DNA from: Yuukianura sp. NJ FZ-2021 | Taxonomy: Eukaryota | Assembly (NCBI GenBank): GCA_046563655.1 | Contig: CM102284.1 | Span: 1,054,001-1,118,000, forward strand | Length of the DNA stretch: 64,000 nucleotides | Direction: 5' to 3' | Shown here: positions 54,366-64,000 of the stretch, piece after piece | How the letters are laid out: each line of letters starts with the position of its first letter | Position numbering within the stretch: position 1 is the stretch's first letter | Notes under the pieces: model-generated | The model's database searches: none | Told to the model about the DNA's origin: nothing | The model's input: the letters and a program-made list of their open reading frames with translations, nothing else | Made by a program: the position numbers and the translations under genes

Positions 54366-57300
54366 TTAAAGATGAGGTGAGGAGGAGGATACGCTTGCGC
54401 CAAATATGGGTACAAACGATGCTTTTCCGGAGCGGAATGACCTTGAACTCTCTGTAAGCGAAAGTGAAAAAAAATCATTAATCGATTAATCTGCGGCCAC
54501 CTACCATGTCACGACCACCTACCATTTCACGACCACCGACCATTTCACGAATAATTCTAAGAAACTGGCACTTACATATAAATCTAACCTTCTTGGGCAT
54601 CCTCTTCTCTTGATGATTGAGACAAAGAGTTCATCCAAGATCGAACGGAAGCATTCGGATCCCGTAAATCAAACTGCGACTCTGAACAAAATTCTCTCGT
54701 TCCTTGATTAATCTAGGAAACAAAGTTTAAAATTCAAAAATAGTGCTAAAAGTTGTTAGCTCCCTTTCCCTCCCGGTTGTGAGAACAAACAAAATCGGAA
54801 TCAGAAATAGGCGGTATGCATTGAACTTTTGTGTGTACTCGTACCGTGTCCAACTCCACGGTGCCTTGACGTAGAGCATTGCCACTCGTCAGAACAGGAT
54901 CCAGAAACAGGAGTTCTTTGTAAAAGAGCCACTTTGAAGGTCGTCCGTTCCGGCCGGAGTTCGGGCGTTCCGTTTTCCGTTTCTCTGAACCGAAACAGAT
55001 TCGAATGACTCTCCAGCGGCTCCTTACGTCTTCACCTAGTTTCAAAAACTTCAAATTCAAAATTTCAGTTTTCAAAAAAGTATTTTTTGGTACCTTACGG
55101 TTAGTTCCTCCTAGGTTTTGCGCAATGACGTCCCATTCCATGTCCCTTAAGCCTTTCTTCGAGTAACTTTCATCTGCTGGATTCCACAGCATTGGTCGCT
55201 CTCGAACCATTCGAATCAGCTGCAGCTTTTTACGACGGTCCCAGTCCCCCTAGATTTCATCAAAAAGTTTTCCAAAAGTTTGAATACATAACCTAGCGCC
55301 AAGGTTGCAATAGCGCCCACTTATACAAATGCGGTAACAGGTTATGCCATAACTCCGATTAAAAAAAAACACGAAAAAACAACTTCTGGACCAATTTTAT
55401 TTTTACAAGGCAATTTGAAAAAAAAGAGTTATGGTACAACCTGTTAAGAAAAAAAACAATCAAATTTCGATTTAAACAACCTTGTCCTAGCGCCACCTTC
55501 AACTGAATATACAACGCAATTTTTCCGAACCAAGTTCAAAAAGTAATTGAAAGTGATTTTTTTTAATTCATCAAGTAAAATTTCATGAACATACATTAAA
55601 ATTTTGATTAATTTTTGATAAAACTACGATTATCCAGGAATGATTTCCGTTTGAGGCTACTTTAGCACAAATATTAAATCATTAAATCATAATTAAAATT
55701 ACTAAATTTTAACTATTTACTGTTGAAATTCATTGTCTGAATCGTGCAATGAGCGTGGAGAGTGGCTGGACACTGCAACATCGCCATCGTACGGCTCCTC
55801 AACAGTGTTGATATTCTCAGCATTTTCTCTTTTCATAAATCGTTCGCACCAACCTTTAGTTGGATTGAATCCTTGGATGTTTCTGGACTGCGCAATCAGT
55901 TCTGCCTGTAACCTTCAAAAATTTTTGGACACTTTCAAACTTCTCTTCATTTAAATTTTTAAATTTAAAATTTTTTTAATCATGTCTCATACCGAACTGC
56001 TTTTGTAGTAACGTCGACAAGCTTTGACCGATTGTCATCCAACCAGTGACGAAGTTCACATTCCAGTTCTGGAAACTTGGCAGCTTTTCCGCCGCGAAGA
56101 GAGCGTCTGTCAGCATTCAGTTTCAAAAGTATTGGCAGCATTTTTCTCCAACTACGAATGGACGCCTCACACACTCCAAATTCAGTTCCTGCTTTTCTGT
56201 TTCCAATTTGCTCAGCCCTTTCACAAACCTAAATCAAGTTTCTCAAAAAATTAGTCACCTTATCAAAAAATATTAAGGTCTAGATAAAATTTTGAATTTG
56301 AAAGTTCATAAATCGTACCTGGATTTTGAAACTAGCTGGATACGACTTCCGACATTTCTGTCCAGCATCCTTATCCATTTCACTCAAATCCTGAATTGAA
56401 CAAGGCAATCAGAGAAGTGTGTCGGACTAATAACGTGCGCGTGCGTTAATCTTTTTAAACGTTTTTAAATTCAAGTTTTCTCTTATGAACATTGAAAAAA
56501 CTGCGCTGTATATTCAGCAAGCTGCGGTGTGACATCGATTTCCGACCAGCAGTATGTGTATGCACAGCAAAATGCTGTCCGGGCTCAGCTTTAAAAATTA
56601 AAAACAAAGTTGCTCTTTACCTTGGATTCCGACCCACGAACTCGAGTTCCATCTAAAAATTTGAAAAAAAAATTGAAGACCCATTTTTTTTTTGAAAATT
56701 TTTAAGCAAAGAAAATCTGCTAACACATACCTTCTTCGTCGGTTCCGTATTCATCTCTTTCGTTCTTTTGAACTGACTCGCAGCTACCGTGCGGAGTTCC
56801 AGAAGCTTTGCCCTGCACGTTGTCTTTCCCTTGGGAACTTCCAGTATTTCCAAAATCTTTACGCATGACCTAAAAATTTATACTAGAATTTAGCATATCA
56901 TATTTATTACATATTATTATATTAACTTAACTATACTTCGGATAAGCGTTTTTAATTGCTATTGTTAAAAAGACCGGTTTGTATCAACTTACAACGACTT
57001 TTGGTTCGGTATTTTTCAGAGGTGGTTTGGACCCCGTAGCTTTGAATTTTCTAGAAACGTTGAGTTGATTAGCGGGGAACTTCTGGGGACCTTCAAAAGA
57101 AAAAAATGAAATTAAAAAAAAAAATTGAAACATTGAAATTATTTCCATAACTTATGGGAGACCAGGGGTAGTAATTTTTTCGTCACCATTTGTATTTTTG
57201 TTAGTGGACTGAGCTCCATGAAGGATTCGGTACGATTGAGTATCTTTTCGAGCCGGTCCATTAGCATTAGAATGTTGGTTTCTAGGGATTTCATCATCGT

Positions 57301-57938
57301 CGTCGGTATCGATACGACGATCTACAAAACATAAGAAACAAAAACTCAGCATGCGCGACAAACGTATTATTACTGACTAAGAGAATTACTGAAAGTATTA
57401 CAATCTACTGAAGCTTCGCTATCGCTGGAATTCTTCTTGTAGTTTTTTCGTTTCAGCGCTTGCGAGCTGTCCGAACTTCTCTTTCTCTTTGCAGTTTCAC
57501 CAGAAGCACCTGAATTGAAAGCAAAACGTTTAGGTAATGGACAGACAACTCAGAAAAAACGGAAAACGTACGATGGTCAAATCGGATTGTCTTCCAGTAA
57601 CATTGGCTGTCCAGTGTCTCCGTCACAATTTTCTCAATCACGTCTCTGTACTTGTCCGGATTTGGTTCAATGTCTCGTACTTTTCTCTTGACCAACCGTA
57701 ACTCGGATCGGAGTGACACAACTTCAGATTCCAAGTCCCTCAGTCGTCTCTTCATTCTTTTCATCTCCATCTCAAATATCTTAGGGATACTGCTGGAGTC
57801 TTGTTCAAACAGTTCTTCCTCCTGTTGCGATGAGTCTGACATAAAACCTTCTTGGACATAGACACTTCCAGTATCATTTAACCCTTCCATCACGCACTCG
57901 AGCGATTCCAACTTGATTTCGTCGCTATTCTCTTCCAT
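54366..57938 (-). CDS. Locus B: paralog of locus A; common N-terminus with two 3' cassettes (Brinker HTH + CENP-B-type HTH 56390-55717; MADF 55249-~54366)
   Basis: N-terminal 'LESEVVSLRSELRLVK...LDSQCYWKTIRFDH'. Common exon ends at phase-0 donor 56621 and both cassettes open in phase 0. Cassette 1: 'RKSYPASFKIQ|VCERAEQIGNRKAGTEFGVCEASIRSW...FPELECELRHW...GWCERF'. Cassette 2 (MADF): 'LIRMVRERPMLWNP...W..IA...RW...KWLFYKELLFL'. Confidence 0.65.
54500..54551. repeat. Short tandem repeat (~19-bp unit, ACCATTTCACGACC...) x3, intronic
   Basis: CCTACCATGTCACGACC / CCTACCATTTCACGACC / CCGACCATTTCACGA. Confidence 0.7.
55300..55484. mobile_element. MITE, CAAGGTTG-TIR family, copy 4
   Basis: Perfect 8-bp TIR CAAGGTTG/CAACCTTG; flanks ACCTAGCGC/TCCTAGCGC duplicated. 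Confidence 0.75.
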
Positions 57939-58536
57939 CCGATGTTAAATTAAGCAGATCTATATTAGAAAAGAAATAAAAATCAGAACCATAAATGGGA
58001 AGCAGATGCTGTGTAGTACCACAAAATAGCAAACAATTCCTTCCAGAATAAGAGACCAGACAGAACCAAATATCTTCATTATTACCTGAATTTCCATTGA
58101 CTAACATGTATTTTTACTAAATTTAAAACTGCACCTACCGTTCCATCCAATTTCAATACAACAGGCATTGGCGAGGTTTAGGAGCCTAGGAGGTACTACC
58201 TTAGTTATGAATATGATATTAGCGCAACGTAATTTATTACCTTTGAATTTTATCAAACCGAGGTCAATGTGCTGTGAAAGGACGCATACAGAAAGGAGGG
58301 TCACGCGGTTAGTTCACTGTAACGTCAATCGTGAGGACGGTCTTCCACGTCCACCAACCAGTACATTTTCGTTCAGAAAACGTTTTGTCCCCTACGATCA
58401 TAACGGGCAACCTACGTTTGCAACTCGTTCACGATAAATTAACAACCAGGCAGGTTATTGATACACTGGTAATTTCTTCAAATGCCCGTACATAAAAAAA
58501 CTATGAGGGGAGATCGACTGCTTTTCAATACGATTT

Positions 58537-59822
58537 TATGGGGCTTTAATAACGACACCATTGGAAATATTTTTATTTTTAAAAACTTCGTAAATTACGA
58601 GGTCGAAAAGTTCCAACCTCGCAAATTACGAAGTTGAAAATTTCCAACCTTGTAAATTACGGAGTTGGAAATTTCCAACCTTGTAAATTACGGAGTTGGA
58701 AATTTCCAACCTTGTAAGTTGCGGAGTTGAAAAAGTTCGGAGTCGGAAAGTGGTGGCCCTTTTACGGAGTCGAGAAAATTCACGAGGTTGGAAAATGCAC
58801 TTTACTTGCCTCCTAATTCCGTGGGAAGAAATAGCTCAGAAGAAGACTAGCCCCCGTCCATTGTTGCCACTACGTGTTATAGCATAGGAATACTAAACAA
58901 AGGGATGAGTTTTGCCAAATTTGCATACATCGATACTATACTGTGGAAACGTTTGGTTGAGGTGAACCGGAATTCCATCCGATGTAACCACAGAAACAAT
59001 TCCTCCGTTATGTTACTACAGTTTGTGCTGAGTTGTGCACAATAACCAACAAGAAACTCCGTTGAAGTAAGCTTGGGCTACCAGACTGTACCCACCAGTT
59101 CAAAATTATGCGCACTGTCATTGTACCCACTCATAGGATAAGAACAATTGTACCCACCAACATCGTAAGCATTACATACACCTAGCGGCAATAGATTAAC
59201 CTCTGAACTAAAGTTGGCCACCTTTTGGTGATTAAATTGTCAGCGCGCATAATTTTGAACTGGTGGGTACAGTTTGGCAGCCCAAGCTTACTTCAACGGA
59301 GTTTCTTGTTGGTTATTGTGCACAACTCAGCACAAACTGTAGTAACATAACGGAGGAATTGTTTCTGTGGTTACATCGGATGGAATTCCGGTTCACCTCA
59401 ACCAAACGTTTCCACAGTATAGTATCGATGTATGCAAATTTGGCAAAACTCATCCCTTTGTTTAGTATTCCTATGCTATAACACGTAGTGGCAACAATGG
59501 ACGGGGGCTAGTCTTCTTCTGAGCTATTTCTCCCCACGGAATTAGGAGGCAAGTAAAGTGCATTTTCCAACCTCGTGAATTTTCTCGACTCCGTAAAAGG
59601 GCCACCACTTTCCGACTCCGGAACTTTTTCAACTCCGCAACTTACAAGGTTGGAAATTTCCAACTCCGTAATTTACAAGGTTGGAAATTTTCAACTTCGT
59701 AATTTGCGAGGTTGGAACTTTTCGACCTCGTAATTTACGGGGTTGGAAATTTTCAACCCCGTAATTTACGAAGTTTTTAAAAATAAAAATATTTTCAATA
59801 CTGTCGTTGTTAAAGCCCCATA
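58537..59822. mobile_element. Inner foldback element: ~575-bp near-perfect inverted arms (58537-59113 / 59245-59822) inserted into the left TIR of the outer element
   Basis: Arms are reverse complements along their length; TATGGGGC...GCCCCATA termini; flanks CGATTT/CGCTTT; 31-bp subterminal units containing the palindrome GTTGGAAATTTCCAAC. Confidence 0.9.
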
Positions 59823-60306
59823 CGCTTTGCTGCAAGATTTTTTTAAAAAACACAAGAAAAAATTCCTTGCAGAAAATAGGGACGAACATTTTCTGCAAGC
59901 TTTTTTCTTGCAGAGAACGGAAGCGTTGTTATAAGAAGTTTGCGCAAAATCGAGCCGTTGTTATAAGAAACATGCGGAAAATCCAGATGTTGTTATAAAA
60001 AGCTTGCGGAAAATCGATGCGTTGTTATAAAAATATTGCGGAAAATCGAGACGTTGTTATAAGAAACATGCGAAAAATTTGAGGAATTGGAATTTTGAAA
60101 AATTCAGCTGAAATTCAAGTTTTGGATGTATTTGCCTTGCCGAGGATTCACGCGTACTCTACCGTCTTGAAATGTTGGTCTCGTGAAAAATTGACCTGTT
60201 CTCTAACTTTTTGACGTGGCCAAATTTTTAAAAATTCACTTGTACACTTACTTTTTGAGGATTTGGAATTTTGAAAAATTCAGCTGAAATTCAACTTTTG
60301 GATATA

Positions 60307-60540
60307 CAGTCGAGTTTCCCTTTTATTCCATTTGCCAAATACAAAACAAAATACAATTGAGAAGTACAAAACTCGCACCCGTACATTGGCGGTGAACTGG
60401 CAAAATGAAACGCCAAATGGCAAATTGGGGAATTGCCAATGACAATTTGACTTCAGACTCATGTAATTTTCTAACCCCAGTGTAGTCCAATTGCAATTTG
60501 TTTTGTATTTGGCAAATGGAATAAAAGGGAAACTCGACTG
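60307..60540. mobile_element. Tc1/mariner/pogo-type MITE, 234 bp, TA TSD
   Basis: ~44-bp perfect TIR CAGTCGAGTTTCCCTTTTATTCCATTTGCCAAATACAAAACAAA; TA on both sides; an empty-site copy with a single TA lies at ~60129. Confidence 0.92.
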
Positions 60541-61764
60541 TATTTGCCTTGCCGAGGATTCACGCGTACTTTACCGTATTGAAATGTTGGTCTCGTGAAA
60601 AATTGACCTGTTCTCTAACTTTTTGACGTGACAAAATTTTTTGACAAAATATAACTTTTACGTTTACTTTTCGAGGAATTCTAACTTGGGAAAATTCAGC
60701 TGTCGTAAAATCTTAAAAGTGACTTATAATTTATAACAACGTCTCGATTCTCCGCAAGTTTCCTATAACAGCGGCTCGATTCTTCGCAAGCTTTTTATAA
60801 CCTCGGCTCGATTCTCCGCAAGCTTCTTATAACAGCGCTTCGATTCTTCGCAAGCTTTTTATAACAGCTCCTCGATTTTCCGCAAGCTTCTTATAACAAC
60901 GTCTCGATTTCTGCAAGAAAAAAACTTGCAGAAAATGTTCGTTTTGATTTTCTGCAAGGAAATTTAATTGTGTTTTTTAAAAAAAGCTTGCAGCAAATCG
61001 CGTTGAAAAGCAGCCGATCTCCCCTCATAAAAAACCGATTAAATTTTAACTTGAAAAAACACAAGCAACGTAGACTTTCCCTTCCTCTCTCTCAAATGCT
61101 CAAAGTGGGATCTGACTAATCCTCTGAATTGTCGTTTCCCGCTTCCATAAAATTCCTAATGGACCTAGCACAGCATCGCAAAGTTTTGAGATTATTATTA
61201 TTATATTAACATAATTAACATAATAATGATAATGGAATATTATATGAATTATTAATCAGAAATGTCTCTAACCTGGGCCTTTACCGAAGTTTGGGCTGCG
61301 TATTATACAAGCTGTAAGCAAGGAAATACGGTAATTCCAAATTCAAAAAACCTTCGACCTACAGACCTTACAAGAGACAAGATAAACTATTTATTAAGGC
61401 TATTTATTAAGATTATTTATTAAATTCTGTCTAACAACGTCAAAAAGCATATAAGAGATACGCTTTTGCTACTTTTAGTTACTTACTTAACCGTAACTGG
61501 TAGAGTTTAGTAAAGCCTTCGCCAAGTATAAAAATTTTGGTTCCACGCAGCTCCGTGTGAAACGTTCTTCTGAAAGGCTCGCAGCCAATTTAAGTCATGT
61601 TCTCCAGACTCCGCAAGCAGAAGCATTACAGAGATCCGGAGCTGAGGGTGACCAAAAAGAAATGTACAGATCATTCCAGGCAGCAGTTGATTGGAACACA
61701 CAAGTTCAAAAACGGTGGGTCATGTTCAGATTCCTTTCATTTTCATCAAATGCTGTCCAATAAG

Positions 61765-63923
61765 CTAACTTCCTGGAGATGAAGGTGACGGAGACAAAGT
61801 GTTGTCACCAAACATCGGTTCGAAAGTTTCTTGCTCTACGCTACCGGAATCTATGCATTTTAAAAGTGATTAAAATGACTCCAATTACTTGAATTAAGTA
61901 AATGTTTACAGAAATTGATCAAGTTAACTCCCTACCTGGTTCCAATTTTGGTAAAAACCTCAACCAATGGCGAATGCTCCCTTCCGGTATGTTTAACTCT
62001 CGACCAGCCGCTGTCGGACCCACTTCCCTTGCACGTTGACATGCCTAAGCACACAGAATTACTTTTACTTGGTCAAATCGTAACCCTGATGTGTTTGGAC
62101 ATCGGGCTTTACAGAAGACGGGATAATCCTAAGAATATGTTAACATCATACCTGCATTTTCACTTCTGGAGTGGATTCATATTGTTTGTATTTTCGTTTT
62201 GTCGATTTGGGACTTGGAGTACCAGCAAAAGATTTATCTGGAACAGCACAAATCAACTCGTTAGGTTCAATTCGCAAGAGTAACAACATTCCATATGCAA
62301 AATAACGCTCACTTGGGCTAACACGAGTGACTCCAACTTGGACATGTTCGGATTTCTGATAGCTCTCAACCACACTCTCAAAATCAGGATCTGTTGATTA
62401 ATTTCAAAGAAAGTGTGAATTAGTTCTAATTTTTTTTAGTAAATGGAACTGAAACAGTTTGGACATAGACTTTCACGGCGTTTCGCCTCTGCCGAAACCA
62501 ACTCCGCTAAATTTTCTGAGTTTGAGTCGGAGCCGGATCGCCATTTTTGTGTAAGAAAAATCTGTTTGTCCTGTCGCTTAAATTTATTTAATGCAATGAA
62601 AGTAATTTGAAAACAAGTTTTAATAACTAAAAGTGTAACATTACTGAGAAAATGTTAGTAGAAAATATCCACTGTATAATTTAGAACTCGCTTAACCCCG
62701 AAGCTTTTTTTTCAACTAACGTTATTTGTTTGAACTGTCCGACGTTGCACTACTTGGTTTTATAATAGTTTATCAGCAACCAAGAATGTCTTGCTTTCAA
62801 GTGCCGTCCCAAATTAGAAGTAGATCCATCCTTCTTTCTTTTAATTCTGGAACTGCATAGAATAATGAAATGAACCAAATTAGAAGGATGTTGACATTTC
62901 AGCGAAAAAAAATTAAATACTTACCGGCAGTACTTGCATTGGTACAGCTCCTTTTCATTTATGTAAACGAAATGTGAAATGAAGATTGATTTTGCCGTTA
63001 CCCTCAATGTACTAGTATGTTCTTTCGTAGAAACTGGCACTTCCGAATCCGATGAACTAGCCTCATCCTCACTAGTGGCAATTACTTGAACGTTGTTTTC
63101 TGATGCCATTACATTAAATTATGTCACAAGCAAACACAATTCGAGTTAAAATGAAAAAGTGATAATTAGGGTCTTTAAGCTCTTTTACACTTTAAAGAGT
63201 CAATTTTAAAGAGTCAGAGCCGGAAACGGAATCAAAGGAGCTGGTGAGGCGAGAGCCGTGAAAGTCTAGTTTGGAGATAAAAGTGAGCAGTTTACAAACT
63301 GCTGACTTTGACTTGTCAGTCTTGGCGTGTTAGCACGGCGAGAATGACTACTAAACTTACCATCAATTTCTGGCGATTCAAACTCGATTCCGTTCTCCAC
63401 TAATCTTCTTGTCCAACCTCGGACGGTACTTTCTGGAAGATTGAATTCTCGTCCAGCAGCAGTCGGCCCAATTTTCTTGGCTCGGCGACAAACCTTATAG
63501 AAAACAAAAGTCAAAGATCAACGTAGTGACCACTGCTCGACTTCAAAGTTAGCAGGAAGTTCGGTGCTGCTTATTTTACCTGCTTTTTATATTCCAAATC
63601 TGTAGGCCTTCCTTTCCGGCCGAAAGAGTTTACAGCTAAACAAGTTAAAAACTTTAGAATTCAATCAAACCAGTTTGGGTTTTAAAACAGTCATGGCAAA
63701 ACTGTTTTTCCACAAGCGCAAGTGGGAACCTTACCTCTTTGTACTTTAACGTCCTGTTTATCCGCTACGTCAGCGCTACGTTTTGACTGTCCAGGCTTCG
63801 ATGGTTTGCGTGTCAAGTCATCTTTCTCCCGTTTAACAAGAAAGGAAATTCGGGAAGATGGAGAGCGAGATTTTTTAAGAGAAGTTAATCCATCACCGTT
63901 GTTCCTGACCACCGTCGCGAGAT
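61765..63923 (-). CDS. Locus C (5' end outside window): upstream exon 63923-63735 followed by three 3' cassettes (HTH 63635-63266; BED 63099-62750; HTH 62390-61765)
   Basis: Phase-1 donor at 63735; all three cassettes have phase-1 acceptors and their own stops. 'EYKKQ|VCRRAKKIGPTAAGREFNLPESTVRGW'; 'YQCKYCR|SRIKRKKDGSTSNLGRHLKARH'; 'EVKMQ|ACQRAREVGPTAAGRELNIPEGSIRHW'. Confidence 0.65.
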
Positions 63924-64000
63924 CTGCGGCCATAACCAATATTTTAAGTAACGATAAGTATACTTACTTAAAATATGTAATTTCACCACATGTTTGAAAT

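Larger units (their letters stand above)
58502..61029. mobile_element. Outer non-autonomous DNA transposon with long modular TIRs (TATGAGGGG termini, 6-bp TSD AAAAAC)
   Basis: TATGAGGGGAGATCGACTGCTTTTCAA at 58502 pairs with TTGAAAAGCAGCCGATCTCCCCTCATA ending 61029; inverted arrays of a 32-bp unit (59925-60070 vs ~60730-60905); AAAAAC on both flanks. Confidence 0.85.

Noticed and set aside
59925-60905. 32-bp repeat arrays that look superficially like CRISPR repeats
   Set aside because: Units are contiguous with no unique spacers, occur as inverted arrays inside a transposon TIR, and the context is eukaryotic with no cas genes.
61507-61701. Possible fourth cassette of locus C
   Set aside because: The phase-1 reading from the acceptor at ~61641 stops after ~15 codons and no DNA-binding motif is visible.

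Overview
AT-rich, intron-dense eukaryotic genomic DNA. It is probably from an arthropod: the expanded intronless divergent IRs, divergent GR/OR-like receptors and short introns suggest a springtail or other basal hexapod (inference). In order: a two-exon G-protein gamma gene absent from the ORF track; an interleaved cluster of three divergent ionotropic receptors and two CRAL-TRIO/SEC14 genes, with a hAT deletion derivative; a ZCCHC7/Air-like zinc-knuckle gene; five tandem GR/OR-like 7TM genes plus a remnant; two astacins; a CYP2-clan P450; L-threonine 3-dehydrogenase; and eIF2-alpha. Around eIF2-alpha lie three minus-strand loci in which common 5' exons appear to splice to alternative, phase-matched 3' cassettes, each with its own stop and encoding a different DNA-binding domain (Brinker-type HTH, BED, Brinker+CENP-B HTH, MADF). 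Two of the three loci share an unrecognised coiled-coil/'QCYWK' N-terminal domain. This mod(mdg4)/lola-like architecture without BTB is the most novel signal. A three-element nest of MITEs with readable TSDs lies at 58.5-61.0 kb. All exon boundaries were read by eye from GT/GC-AG sites and reading frame; no database search was run.
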